DNA of 64,000 nt, from IMG/VR virus record IMGVR_UViG_3300023053_000001, positions 1 through 64,000 of that record. One strand, written 5' to 3'. The position numbers and the translations under genes are program-made. The notes beneath the pieces are model-generated. The model saw nothing but the letters and a program-made list of their open reading frames with translations, was not told the origin of the DNA and made no database searches. Positions 38,164-47,297 of this stretch are shown one piece after another; position 1 is the first letter of the stretch; each line of letters opens with the position of its first letter. This DNA comes from a virus. Its lineage: Duplodnaviria; Caudoviricetes.

Positions 38164-38610
38164 ATGTCGAGTATCAATGAATCAATCGTAGTACGTTTCA
38201 ACTCCCTCATCATCACCGCCGAAGAAGCAGATGAGGTAGCAGCACGACTGCAGCAGATGTTGCGCGTCACCGGTTCCGGTGGCATCGCATTCGCTGAAGC
38301 TAGCGGTATTTCGCTCCAGGGCGCGTGGGAAATCTCGTACAGTGGTACGGTCCGCTACCCGCAGCTCGGGAACTCGGGCAACTTCCACACCATCGAATTG
38401 GAAGCACGCGCCGGTACCGTGGAGGACCACACTGCGGATGTCATCCGCACCATCGTGGCCATGCGTGATGAATGCCTGCGTAACGCCTACCGCGATGCCC
38501 TGCGCAGCGTCTCCAATGACATCGCTCGCCTGAACGTGGACGAAGTCAACGCCGGCGACATGATGGACCATCTGAAGGCTATCCTCGAAGCGTTCCCCAA
38601 CACCAACTGA
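38164..38610 (+). CDS. hypothetical protein, 148 aa
   Basis: AAGGAG RBS; terminator with UACG tetraloop downstream. Confidence 0.75.
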   Translation: MSSINESIVVRFNSLIITAEEADEVAARLQQMLRVTGSGGIAFAEASGISLQGAWEISYSGTVRYPQLGNSGNFHTIELEARAGTVEDHTADVIRTIVAMRDECLRNAYRDALRSVSNDIARLNVDEVNAGDMMDHLKAILEAFPNTN

Positions 38611-38854
38611 CGGTAAACTGTTAGTCGTGAAATGGAGACTCCCTACGGGGAGTCTTCCCACTCTTGCCCTTACTAGACCTCTATCACCTCAATGCTTACT
38701 CTGAATAACGTCAAAGCTGGTTCCTTCATGCACAACTTCCTCCTGAGCCGTGGCGCTAAAGCCCCGCAGCCGGTGGAGTCATTCGCCATTCCTTCTTCTG
38801 AGTTCAAGCCCTCGACGGGGCCTGAATTCGAATTCGACGATTTGTGAGACTGCC

Positions 38855-39484
38855 ATGACCCGCAAGTATAGCTCGCTCGAATTGTCCGCACCCAAAGCAG
38901 AGCATGACATCTACGTCATTGCTGTGTGTCAGCTGGTGCAAGTGTTACTCTCAGGCTTTGGTCGCTTCAAAAGCTTCCGTAGGTTTGCACGCCCCGACTA
39001 CGATCTGTGGATGGGGTTTGTCCAGAATCATGTTCGCGCCAATCCCGACTCGGGACTGATGGCCATGATCAAACCGGACGGTTTGTGGATGACCACCACC
39101 AGTGATGGGACGATCACCGGAACGATCAAACACTGTGAGCAAGACCTCCCGCAGGGTCGGCAGCCATACCCGGTCTCAACGGTCGTCAACATCGTCTCAC
39201 TGCTCCGCCGCATGTTTGAGCGACGTGGGGTCAAGTGTTATCACGCCCCGCGTGCTGATCGTTTGAGGGGCCCTCTGGGGGTGGATCAGATCTTCACTGA
39301 ACTGCCCGTGTTCGATGTCGATGAATGTGTGGGCGCCGTCCTTGCAGACGGTAGCCGCACGATTGTCATCGCCGTCTACGAAGGTGAGGTTCACCTCTAC
39401 GACGAAGCCGAACCCGAGCGCGGGCACGTGTTCAAGTTCGCCACCTACAACCCGGCCCTTGCGGGCTCTCTGCCGGAACTCTGA
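38855..39484 (+). CDS. hypothetical protein (~209 aa)
   Basis: Long ORF, coding bias. Confidence 0.65.
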   Translation: MTRKYSSLELSAPKAEHDIYVIAVCQLVQVLLSGFGRFKSFRRFARPDYDLWMGFVQNHVRANPDSGLMAMIKPDGLWMTTTSDGTITGTIKHCEQDLPQGRQPYPVSTVVNIVSLLRRMFERRGVKCYHAPRADRLRGPLGVDQIFTELPVFDVDECVGAVLADGSRTIVIAVYEGEVHLYDEAEPERGHVFKFATYNPALAGSLPEL

Positions 39485-39485
39485 C

Positions 39486-39848
39486 ATGCTCTACTATTAC
39501 CTGTGGTGTGCATTGTACGTGTGTTGCGCAGCCTACGCAGCCTTCGGACTGATCGTGGTATATGAAGATGTGGTCATGGATCGCATGGCCTTCTACAAGC
39601 GGTCGCGGTGGCGTGACTACTACCGACATCCGTTCCGGTCCATGTTCAAGAACCTGACGATACCGGCTGTTCTCATCATCGTGGCGACCTTCAGTCTGGC
39701 CATGGGTGAAACCTACCGGGCCGATCCGATGCTGACATGGTACGAGCGAATCGGAGGTTCACTGATCTGGGCTTGGTTCTGGGCCCGTCTGTTGCAGAGT
39801 GCCTACATGTACTTCGGTACGGCACATGCGCGTCGCCATGCGACATAG
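39486..39848 (+). CDS. 3-TM membrane protein
   Basis: Three hydrophobic helices. Confidence 0.65.
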   Translation: MLYYYLWCALYVCCAAYAAFGLIVVYEDVVMDRMAFYKRSRWRDYYRHPFRSMFKNLTIPAVLIIVATFSLAMGETYRADPMLTWYERIGGSLIWAWFWARLLQSAYMYFGTAHARRHAT

Positions 39849-39908
39849 CGACATAACTCCCTCCACCCCGCAAAGGGTGGAGGGAGAGGCTATGCCTTTT
39901 TTCTTGGC

Positions 39909-41186
39909 TTAGGCAGCCGGCGCGGCGGCCGGAGCAGCAGCCGGCGCGGCGGCCGAAGTAGCGGCAGCCACTTCTTCACGAGCCTTCAGCATGGCGCTCA
40001 GGAACGCGTACATGTTGCGCAGGCCGATCACTTCCAGCTGACCCAGCGTGTGCAGCAGACGGCCGGAGAGGTTTTCCAGGGCAGCAGCCACATGCAGGTA
40101 GCTCGGATCGGTGATGTTGGCGACCTTCTGCTCGGCATGGGCCATGCCGGTCTGCACCTTGTTCGTCTCGGCCATCGCTTCGTCCAACGTCTTCAACGAA
40201 GCATCGGCGGACTTGATGGCGGCGGCCAGTTCACCCTTGGTGTAGGTGTATTCCTGCGACTGGCTTTCGGCATCGCCGCCGGCGTTGGGTACGAGGGAGA
40301 AGGTGATGCCGTTCAGGTAATGAACAGCGGTCTGGGCTTCGCCATCGAGGTCGCCTTCCGGGGCCTTCATCACCACATCGAACGGCGTTTCCACACCATG
40401 ACGACCGCCGTAGATACGGTAGACGTCGCCTTCCTTCTTGGCCCGGGCCTTGAGCTTGGCCACGCCGGCGTGGATGCCCTTGGTCGCTTCCAGCACGCGA
40501 CGCAGCGCTTCGTTTTCATCGCCGAACATCATCAGTACCGGGGTGATCGCATCGGTGAGCGGACGCAGGTTGTGCGTGCCGATCATGTTGCCGATCAGCT
40601 CATCGCCGAGCAGCTTGCCGTTGTAGGTCATCATGTCGTGGATGGCCGGATGCATGCGAACGGTCACCTTCTCGCCGGAGAGGCTTTCCACGTGCTTGGC
40701 AGCAGCTTCAACGGCGGCCTTCACGCGATCGCGGCCGGAGGTGATTTGGGCCCACACCTTCTTGATGTAAGCCTTCACGCGGGCCACGGCGGCCTGGATG
40801 GCTGCGATGATGCGCTTGATCAGGCTTTCGTTGGCTTCGGCCTTGACGGCAGTCTGCGCTTCCGGGGTAGCGTCTTCTTCCATCGACGGCAGGGTGATGT
40901 TGAAGCGCGCCAGGTGATGGTCCAGAATGATGCCGACGGCGCGGTGCGCGGCCGGGGAAGTCGAGCCGGCGAGCGATTCGACGGCAGCCTGCAGGTTCTG
41001 GGCCGAACCCAGCTCGTCCTGCAGATCTTCGATCTGGCCAGCGGTGTCGTCCATCTGGCTCTGCACTTCCTGCAGATCGCCGGCAGCAGCGGACAGCTCT
41101 TCCTGCAGTTCTTCCAGCGAGGGCAGGGCGATGCCAGCGGGGGTCTTCGGCGCGAAGGCGGCATGCAGCATGGTGCGTGCGTTCAT
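39909..41186 (-). CDS. internal head protein paralog 6
   Basis: AGGAG RBS; PSLEE, AVESL, PSMEE and ANES sites then SLIKRIIAAIQAAVARVKAYIKKVW helix; AAAPAAAPAAAPAA tail. Confidence 0.78.
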   Translation of the reverse strand: MNARTMLHAAFAPKTPAGIALPSLEELQEELSAAAGDLQEVQSQMDDTAGQIEDLQDELGSAQNLQAAVESLAGSTSPAAHRAVGIILDHHLARFNITLPSMEEDATPEAQTAVKAEANESLIKRIIAAIQAAVARVKAYIKKVWAQITSGRDRVKAAVEAAAKHVESLSGEKVTVRMHPAIHDMMTYNGKLLGDELIGNMIGTHNLRPLTDAITPVLMMFGDENEALRRVLEATKGIHAGVAKLKARAKKEGDVYRIYGGRHGVETPFDVVMKAPEGDLDGEAQTAVHYLNGITFSLVPNAGGDAESQSQEYTYTKGELAAAIKSADASLKTLDEAMAETNKVQTGMAHAEQKVANITDPSYLHVAAALENLSGRLLHTLGQLEVIGLRNMYAFLSAMLKAREEVAAATSAAAPAAAPAAAPAA

Positions 41187-41264
41187 GGGTGAAGCTCCTG
41201 AATTGGGTGTCCGAAAGTGGACGTTGAAAAGCCTTGGCGTTCAGCCAAAGTCATACGATGCGAA

Positions 41265-42560
41265 TCATTCGTCCTTGGGGACGATGCCGTGGTGGGCGAC
41301 GGCACGCAGGGTCATGGTGTTGAACAGCGACATCGCCAGGTGCACCGACTGCGACTGAGCGGTGATCAGGCGCGACATGGCATTGAGCAAGGTACCGCCA
41401 TTGCGGATCAGTACATGGACCACGTTGCGATCCTGCTCGGTGTTCAGACCCGAGAGCAGATTGCCCAGGTTACCGATGGCCTTGACCCACTTGCTGCCGT
41501 AACCAGCTTCGCTGGAAATGGCGCTAACGGTGAGCAGCTGACCATTGACGGCCAAGACCTTCTTGGCGGCGTCCAGAGCACGATGCACGTGGGCTTCGTC
41601 CATGTGCACCAGCAGATGATCGCTTTCACGCGTCTGGTGGTAGTAGTCTTCCTTGTGGACGGAGATGTTACCGGCGTTGAACTTGAGCGTGATCTTGACC
41701 TGACCGCCGGACAGCGCCAGCACCTGAGTCCGGTCGACCACCTTCCAGTGACCGCCGAAGGACGTGCCGGCCATGGCGTCGAACTTGGCATTGAGAGCAC
41801 GCATCTGCTCAAGGCTCGGCTTGCCAGAGGCCATGTTGGTGAATTCGGTGAGCAGCTCGCCCATCACCTTGAAGGCATTGGTATCGCCCAGCTCATCCAG
41901 CTTGATCGCTGCCGGATCGTCGTGGAATGCATGCAGTAGCGCCACCACACCACCGGTGAAGCCGAAGGGGTACTTGCCGCTAGCCGGTGCACCGCTGGCT
42001 TTCTCTTCAGTGGTACCCAGCGCTTCATCAAAGCCCTTCTTCAGAGCTTCGGCGAACTGCTCGAACTGCTTTTCCAGCTTCTTCTGGCGGCGGTACTTCA
42101 GATCGAAGATCATGCGCAGGTGATGGATGATCTTGGCCGCAAAGGCCTTGGCCGCTTCGACGAACTTGGTCAGGGTCGACTTACCTGCGTTGGTGTCGGC
42201 CTGGTGCTGTGCACCGGCATCGGCATCTTCCATGGACGGCAGGGCAATGCCGTAACCGGACATCTGTTCGCGCAGCAGGATGCGCACGGCGCGAGCGCCC
42301 TTGGAGGTCGGCTCATCAGCCAGGTGTTCCATGGCAGCGATCAGACCGTCCAGATGGTCCTGCGCCTCATGGAGCAACTCCATGGAGTTGACTTCGTTTT
42401 CCAGCCCGAAGGTGTGCTGGGTGATCTGATGGCTGAGCTGCTCGCACTCATAGGCGAGCATCACCACATCCCCGTGGCTTTCCTGACTCGGCACAGCGGC
42501 CCGGCCCGCAGAGGCACCCAGTGCCTGCATGATGACTGACTTTTTCATTTCGGTACTCAT
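41265..42560 (-). CDS. internal head protein paralog 7
   Basis: AGGA RBS; PSQES and PSMED sites then amphipathic helix; TATG upstream on - strand. Confidence 0.72.
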   Translation of the reverse strand: MSTEMKKSVIMQALGASAGRAAVPSQESHGDVVMLAYECEQLSHQITQHTFGLENEVNSMELLHEAQDHLDGLIAAMEHLADEPTSKGARAVRILLREQMSGYGIALPSMEDADAGAQHQADTNAGKSTLTKFVEAAKAFAAKIIHHLRMIFDLKYRRQKKLEKQFEQFAEALKKGFDEALGTTEEKASGAPASGKYPFGFTGGVVALLHAFHDDPAAIKLDELGDTNAFKVMGELLTEFTNMASGKPSLEQMRALNAKFDAMAGTSFGGHWKVVDRTQVLALSGGQVKITLKFNAGNISVHKEDYYHQTRESDHLLVHMDEAHVHRALDAAKKVLAVNGQLLTVSAISSEAGYGSKWVKAIGNLGNLLSGLNTEQDRNVVHVLIRNGGTLLNAMSRLITAQSQSVHLAMSLFNTMTLRAVAHHGIVPKDE

Positions 42561-42635
42561 TCCTGAGTTGGGGTTAGTGACTCCCTACGGGCCTATAAGG
42601 AGTAGGGTTCATAGGATTGTCTTAACGGCATATAT

Positions 42636-42669
42636 GCCATTGGATAGCCCATAGTGGCTATCCAATGGC
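42636..42669. repeat. perfect 14-bp inverted repeat
   Basis: GCCATTGGATAGCC-CATAGT-GGCTATCCAATGGC. Confidence 0.85.
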
Positions 42670-42845
42670 TAATACGTTCATAGCGGAGGTATAGGTGGGA
42701 TAGGTTCAATTGTTAATTCCCCTTAGGTATATATACTTGACTATCGTCACACCCTCCCTTCCTAAAGGTTTCCCTCCCAGGAAGCCTCATTCCAATTAGA
42801 CTGGGTTATAAAAGAACATGCTCTGTCAATATCTTATTTGACAGA

Positions 42846-42874
42846 TCAGTACAGGGTACAAAGCCCTGTACTGA
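42846..42874. repeat. perfect 11-bp inverted repeat
   Basis: TCAGTACAGGG-TACAAAG-CCCTGTACTGA, about 20 nt upstream of promoter copy 2. Confidence 0.85.
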
Positions 42875-42895
42875 AAACGTCGATTGGACCATATT

Positions 42896-42913
42896 TCAGA
42901 TCTATAACACTCC
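42896..42913 (+). promoter_or_regulatory. candidate early promoter motif (copy 2)
   Basis: Identical to 16030-16047. Confidence 0.7.
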
Positions 42914-42966
42914 GGTGATAAGACAACTACGTCTTCCATAAACCCCTTCACATGGAGTGTTCAATC

Positions 42967-43269
42967 ATGGCAACCGCTACCTTCGCAAGCAAGCTCAAGG
43001 ATCTGATCGTGGCTCTCGGCTTCAGCGCAATGGCGCTGGCCGCAGTGGCCCTGCTGGTGGATGCAACCATCCCGCCGGCAAAGCAGGAACTGGTTTGCGG
43101 TAGGACTGGCATCAGCGTCATGGTTGGCGCCGATGGCATCACCTGCCAGATCCGCAGCACCAGCCGTATCTACGGCCAGGTTGGTCACACCCACTACTCC
43201 TACAACGGCCGGGTGGCCGATGGCATGGAGCAGGTGGACATCACCACCATGCCGCGCGTCAATCCGTAA
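42967..43269 (+). CDS. secreted or membrane-anchored small protein
   Basis: GGAG RBS; N-terminal hydrophobic helix; two Cys. Confidence 0.7.
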   Translation: MATATFASKLKDLIVALGFSAMALAAVALLVDATIPPAKQELVCGRTGISVMVGADGITCQIRSTSRIYGQVGHTHYSYNGRVADGMEQVDITTMPRVNP

Positions 43270-43318
43270 TCCCCTTCGCTACAGTCCAACCTCTACCTAC
43301 TTCTATCTGGATACTGTC

Positions 43319-43630
43319 ATGAACGTTGATACCCTGTTTGCTTCCCTGTTCTCGCTGCTGGCCGTTGTGATGGCCGTCTACCTGTACGTGCTGTTCCACA
43401 ATGCCTTCCGTCATCGTGGCGCTCGCGAGATCCGTGAGGATGCTCGCAACACGATCTGCCAGAGCATGGTCAGCGGCCGTGTGCTGCTGATCTTCATCGC
43501 AGTGGCCGTCGGTGTGGTCTATGGCATTGCCGCCATGGACTTCGCCCGCTTCGCTGTTGTCGTTGCAGTGAATGTCAGCATCGTGGCCCTGAGCCAGATC
43601 GGCTTCGCTGTTGCCCGTAGCCGGTTCTAA
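43319..43630 (+). CDS. 3-TM membrane protein
   Basis: Three hydrophobic helices; high GC3. Confidence 0.7.
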   Translation: MNVDTLFASLFSLLAVVMAVYLYVLFHNAFRHRGAREIREDARNTICQSMVSGRVLLIFIAVAVGVVYGIAAMDFARFAVVVAVNVSIVALSQIGFAVARSRF

Positions 43631-43640
43631 GGAGAGAGCC

Positions 43641-44111
43641 ATGACTGATGAAAACGCAAAGTGCCGGCACTACACCGCCACTTACATCAACAACGGATAT
43701 GCTGATGCTGGAGTCCATGGCATCATTCAAGTCCGTGCGGTAGGCAGTAGCTGCTACCTCAACATGCACGTGAGGTTGGTAACTGCCAAACTGACCGGGC
43801 ACCTGCCCTGCACCAAGACGGTGGAGGTTGTGGAGATCAAGCACAACTTCCCCCACGAACGCGAGCGCATTCTGGACGCTCTGCTGTACACGGTCCCTTT
43901 CGAGTTCATCCTCAAGGAAGGATCGCCGCTGCAAATCCGTAGTCCCTTTCCAACGATCACGTTTTCGGAGAAGGTGCTGCGGTCACTGTCGGACAAGATC
44001 CGCACATCGATCCCTGTCGCCGATGGTGCTGTTGGCATCGTCACCCGTTCCATGGCTGAGGCCATGCACGAATACATCCGCAAGTCCGCCATCAACCTCG
44101 AGGTTATCTAA
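43641..44111 (+). CDS. hypothetical protein
   Basis: AAGGAG RBS. Confidence 0.65.
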   Translation: MTDENAKCRHYTATYINNGYADAGVHGIIQVRAVGSSCYLNMHVRLVTAKLTGHLPCTKTVEVVEIKHNFPHERERILDALLYTVPFEFILKEGSPLQIRSPFPTITFSEKVLRSLSDKIRTSIPVADGAVGIVTRSMAEAMHEYIRKSAINLEVI

Positions 44112-44113
44112 TC

Positions 44114-44515
44114 ATGGGCGCTTTCCTTTACAGCATGCTTGTCCTGTTCTTCCTGCTGCCGTTCACCGTCATCACCTTCTACCGCATCAAGAAGGGCGCC
44201 ACCCGTTTCGACAACGGCGTGAGCGGGTACATCGTCAACACGATGCTCTCCACCCAGCGTTGGTTCGGCAAGGCGCGGCCGTGGCTGTTCTACGGCTTCC
44301 ACGTGATCTTCCTGCTGGTCGCGTTGGATCGCTACATGTTCCTGTCGGTGATCACCGTCATCGCCTACATGGTCTACTACCAGAGGCTGTGGAACATCAT
44401 GCAGGCCAACAGCTGGGGTCTGGTGGACGCAGCCAGTCCCGCCGCCGTTCCGCCGCCGGTGCCGCTGTCCCCGCAGCAGCAGGTCGAAGCTGACCAGACC
44501 AACACCCGCGGCTGA
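44114..44515 (+). CDS. 3-TM membrane protein, holin candidate
   Basis: Three TM helices; directly upstream of the spanin pair. Confidence 0.55.
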   Translation: MGAFLYSMLVLFFLLPFTVITFYRIKKGATRFDNGVSGYIVNTMLSTQRWFGKARPWLFYGFHVIFLLVALDRYMFLSVITVIAYMVYYQRLWNIMQANSWGLVDAASPAAVPPPVPLSPQQQVEADQTNTRG

Positions 44516-44619
44516 TCCAACCATGTCCCCTCCACACCTCCGGGTGTGGAGGGGGTGTGAAAGTATTTTTTTCCTTCTTTTGAGCTATGGTATAGAACAT
44601 CCCATAGGTGGAGTCGAAC

Positions 44620-45360
44620 GTGACCGTTACCGCACTGCTCCTCCTGCTGAAGGAGGCTGGTAAGTGGCTGCTCAATCCGAAGAACTGGCTGTACGTTCTC
44701 GGTGTTGTGGCGCTGCTGTTTCTTCTGTACAGCGTAAGTGGTTTCATCTACGGTCGCGGTGTTGCGCACCAGGCCAAGGTGATGCAGCCCACCATCGATG
44801 CAGCGTTGAAGGCTGCCAAAGACTCTGCTGAGAGTGAAGCCGCCTATCGCGGCGAGTACGATAACTGGATGGCCAATAGCAAGAAGGCCAAAGACCAGTT
44901 CATCGCCGAACAGGGTAAGCTGATCGATGATCTTCAGCGTGACCTGAAAACCGAACGTGAGCGCAAGCTCCAAGCCGAGGTACGCATCCGTGAAGTCGTC
45001 AAGTACATCCCTGCTGAAGTTGATGGCAGTGTTGTTCTGCCTCTGGGCGCTGTCCGCCTGTACGCAGATGCCCTGCAAGGAAAAGCCGCCAACGATGCAG
45101 CCCTCGGTCCCGTTTCCTTCGGTCCCGAAGGAAATGTTGGACAGCCCTCCGGCGTTACTCTGTCCCAATTCGTCAGCGCTGCATCCGGGAACGCCGCTCA
45201 GTGCGTGCAAGACCGAGCAGTCCTGAGGTCTTGGCAGATCTGGTATCCCAAGGTGAAAGCCGCCTACGATGAAGCCATCAAGGTTCAGCGTGAAACGGCA
45301 CCCACCGGTAAAGCACCCCTCGGTACGCTCGCCCCAGCCTCGGGATTGGACGAACTGTAA
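44620..45360 (+). CDS. inner-membrane spanin (Rz-like)
   Basis: N-terminal TM, long coiled coil, C-terminal N..QCVQ...L..WQ.WY; contains an embedded lipoprotein gene. Confidence 0.75.
   Translation: MTVTALLLLLKEAGKWLLNPKNWLYVLGVVALLFLLYSVSGFIYGRGVAHQAKVMQPTIDAALKAAKDSAESEAAYRGEYDNWMANSKKAKDQFIAEQGKLIDDLQRDLKTERERKLQAEVRIREVVKYIPAEVDGSVVLPLGAVRLYADALQGKAANDAALGPVSFGPEGNVGQPSGVTLSQFVSAASGNAAQCVQDRAVLRSWQIWYPKVKAAYDEAIKVQRETAPTGKAPLGTLAPASGLDEL
44990..45226 (+). CDS. embedded outer-membrane spanin (Rz1-like lipoprotein)
   Basis: GAGG RBS, GTG start in +1 frame; MKSSSTSLLKLMAVLFCLWALSAC lipobox; Pro-rich mature part. Confidence 0.75.
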   Translation: MKSSSTSLLKLMAVLFCLWALSACTQMPCKEKPPTMQPSVPFPSVPKEMLDSPPALLCPNSSALHPGTPLSACKTEQS

Positions 45361-45572
45361 ATTCGGCCCCAATCACATCGTTGGGCGAGCTGACCTATAA
45401 CGGGTAACCGGTCAGTCAAAGCGGTGCCATTACTGAGGCGCAACCAAGCCGCTACGTCGTCCAGAACAATCAGGTAAATGCGGTCTCGCCAAGGAGAAGC
45501 GCCTGCCGGATGATTGTTCAAGCTATTGATCTGAATGGAGCCGGGGGTCGAGCGCCCCCGGCTCCTTATGCC
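45361..45572 (+). ncRNA. possible structured RNA or 3' UTR element
   Basis: Stems 45368-72/45381-85, 45389-95/45410-16, 45420-24/45449-53, 45464-72/45511-19; then GGAGCCGGGG/CCCCGGCTCC terminator; no credible ORF. Confidence 0.35.
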
Positions 45573-45609
45573 GCCCATGCTATGATCCACCCCTTCTGAG
45601 ACTGCCCAC

Positions 45610-46236
45610 ATGCGTGACAAACTCCTCCTCGATGAAGCCCAGCTGCGCGAACGCCTGCTGATCCTGGCCGGTGAGCACGGCCCAGAGGTATTGGAAGCCA
45701 GTGCCGATGATCTCGAGCAACTGTGCCTGAGTCACGCTACCTACCACACGGTGGGCGCTACCCCGGAGCAGATCCTCAAGTCCGCTCAGCAGGTAATGCA
45801 TTACGGTCTACTGGCCAGTCTGGCGCGCCGCGCTGACGACCTGAACTTGGACCGCATGTCCCTGCGTTCGGAAACGCTCTTCAACGAAGCTGAAGAAGTA
45901 CCGCTGGACCTGCTGCGTCGCAATGCGCGCGTACCCCTGTTCAAGATCGGCCAGCGCGTGTACATGCCGGCCTCCGGATCAGACACCGTCGAGGAAGACG
46001 AAGATCCGGTCGTGGGGTGCATGGAAGTGATCGTAGCCGGCTACGAGCTGAGCTACGACTATGTCCAGTACCAGATCGGCCAGCTCCGCCCCGATGGGAT
46101 CATGGTGGATCTTATCGGTGAATGGGTGGATGAGTCTGAGCTGTACGCTGACATGGACTCGGTCACCGAAGCCATCGTGGGTACTCGCCCAGCCCAGCCG
46201 AAGATGCGTCCCCGTCTGTCTGTGGTCAAAGACTAA
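45610..46236 (+). CDS. hypothetical protein with SH3-like segment and ClpX-binding-like tail
   Basis: FKIGQRVY motif; ends RPRLSVVKD. Confidence 0.7.
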   Translation: MRDKLLLDEAQLRERLLILAGEHGPEVLEASADDLEQLCLSHATYHTVGATPEQILKSAQQVMHYGLLASLARRADDLNLDRMSLRSETLFNEAEEVPLDLLRRNARVPLFKIGQRVYMPASGSDTVEEDEDPVVGCMEVIVAGYELSYDYVQYQIGQLRPDGIMVDLIGEWVDESELYADMDSVTEAIVGTRPAQPKMRPRLSVVKD

Positions 46237-46280
46237 ACGAACATAGAGCCCCTCCCGCATCACGCGGGAGGGGCTCATGC

Positions 46281-46496
46281 TTATTCGCGATGGAAGACAG
46301 AGATGTCCAAACGTTCCAGGAACGCATCGACACGTTCGTCGTCAGCTGCCACTCGAGCAATCAGTGCGCCGTTGCTCTTGGCATGAATGTGATAAGGACG
46401 TTCGTCCTCGGGTTTGTGTACGATCGTGACCAAATCGCGCCGTGTAACCACGGACGCCTTTTCGTCCTTCCCGCCCATTTCTTTTGACTTGGCCAT
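46281..46496 (-). CDS. small protein, paralog of upstream neighbour
   Basis: AGGAG RBS; PEDERPYHIHAKSNGALI...DAFL. Confidence 0.65.
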   Translation of the reverse strand: MAKSKEMGGKDEKASVVTRRDLVTIVHKPEDERPYHIHAKSNGALIARVAADDERVDAFLERLDISVFHRE

Positions 46497-46564
46497 GACC
46501 TCAACTCCTGACAAATGGTCTTACGTGAGAGCTTCTTGTTTTAGACGCCAGCTCTCAATACCAT

Positions 46565-46807
46565 TTACCATCCGCGAACACGTCGACGGGTGGGTGCCAC
46601 CTGCAAACTCTCCAGCGAGTACCCGCTCAGGAATTCGTCCAAGGCTTCTTTCGAAACGAAAGAGCCCAGACAAACACCAGTACGACGCTTGAAAAGACGG
46701 AAGGGCAAATCGCTACCAGGAACTTCTTCCCACGTGGTGAGACGACGTTTGGCACCCATCTCCGGCAGCCCCCTGCCTGTCTCAGAGACCGTGACAACAG
46801 CATTCAT
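46565..46807 (-). CDS. small protein
   Basis: GGAG RBS; PGSDLPFRLFKRRTGVCL...DEFL. Confidence 0.65.
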   Translation of the reverse strand: MNAVVTVSETGRGLPEMGAKRRLTTWEEVPGSDLPFRLFKRRTGVCLGSFVSKEALDEFLSGYSLESLQVAPTRRRVRGW

Positions 46808-47212
46808 TTGAACAACTCCAGATTAATAGAAGGCCTTCATTGGCCTGTGGCGGAGCATCGCGTCAGTGCGAGACTATGACCCCCTCAAAGCATGAGAGTA
46901 AAAAATAACTGCCGTGGTCGATAGTGTAGGAGCAGAGCTTGCCAGCGTGCTCCCAACTGGAACATAGCCGAAAAGAAAGCCATCTAACTCTCCACGAAAG
47001 TAGAGGTTGCTGACCAAGATCCTCGCCGACCTCGAGCCGGCGAAACGCTTGGCGGAACGCTTGAACCGTTGAAGGAGTGGTTAGGGGAACCGACATCCGT
47101 CGACCAGGGCGCCTTTCCAGTTTCGAGGCCGGTCCATCTGCACATTAAAGGGGAAGTGCGACCCTGGAGGTGTGTAGGTGGACAATCTCGATTTCATCGC
47201 AAAAGACATTGA

Positions 47213-47297
47213 TGGCCAGATGCTCGGGTGGCATTGAGCAGTGCACTTACTTCATTCGTGCATTTTTCGGGGGTTCGAGTCCCTCTTGGCCAATCCA
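47213..47297 (+). tRNA. deviant tRNA-like cloverleaf (pseudo-tRNA) embedded in the large RNA
   Basis: Acceptor TGGCCAG/TTGGCCA, D stem GCTC/GAGC, anticodon stem GTGCAC/GTGCAT with 11-nt loop TTACTTCATTC, T arm GGGGG-TTCGAGT-CCCTC; A8/G14 replace U8/A14; CCA is one nt off register. Confidence 0.65.

Noticed and set aside
46868-46880. Group I intron P7 motif (AGACTA)
   Set aside because: No matching TAGTC strand and no interrupted gene flanks the region
43287-47009. 10-nt complementarity between the large RNA (47000-47009) and a leader (43287-43296)
   Set aside because: Expected by chance given the lengths compared, and the RNA segment is already paired locally
46863-47096. 77-aa minus-strand ORF inside the large RNA
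   Set aside because: No RBS or codon bias; G-U pairing favours a + strand RNA
47213-47297. tRNA-Sec or opal suppressor implying recoding
   Set aside because: No long variable arm, no G73, 11-nt loop; TGA ends many ordinary genes here, so the standard code holds
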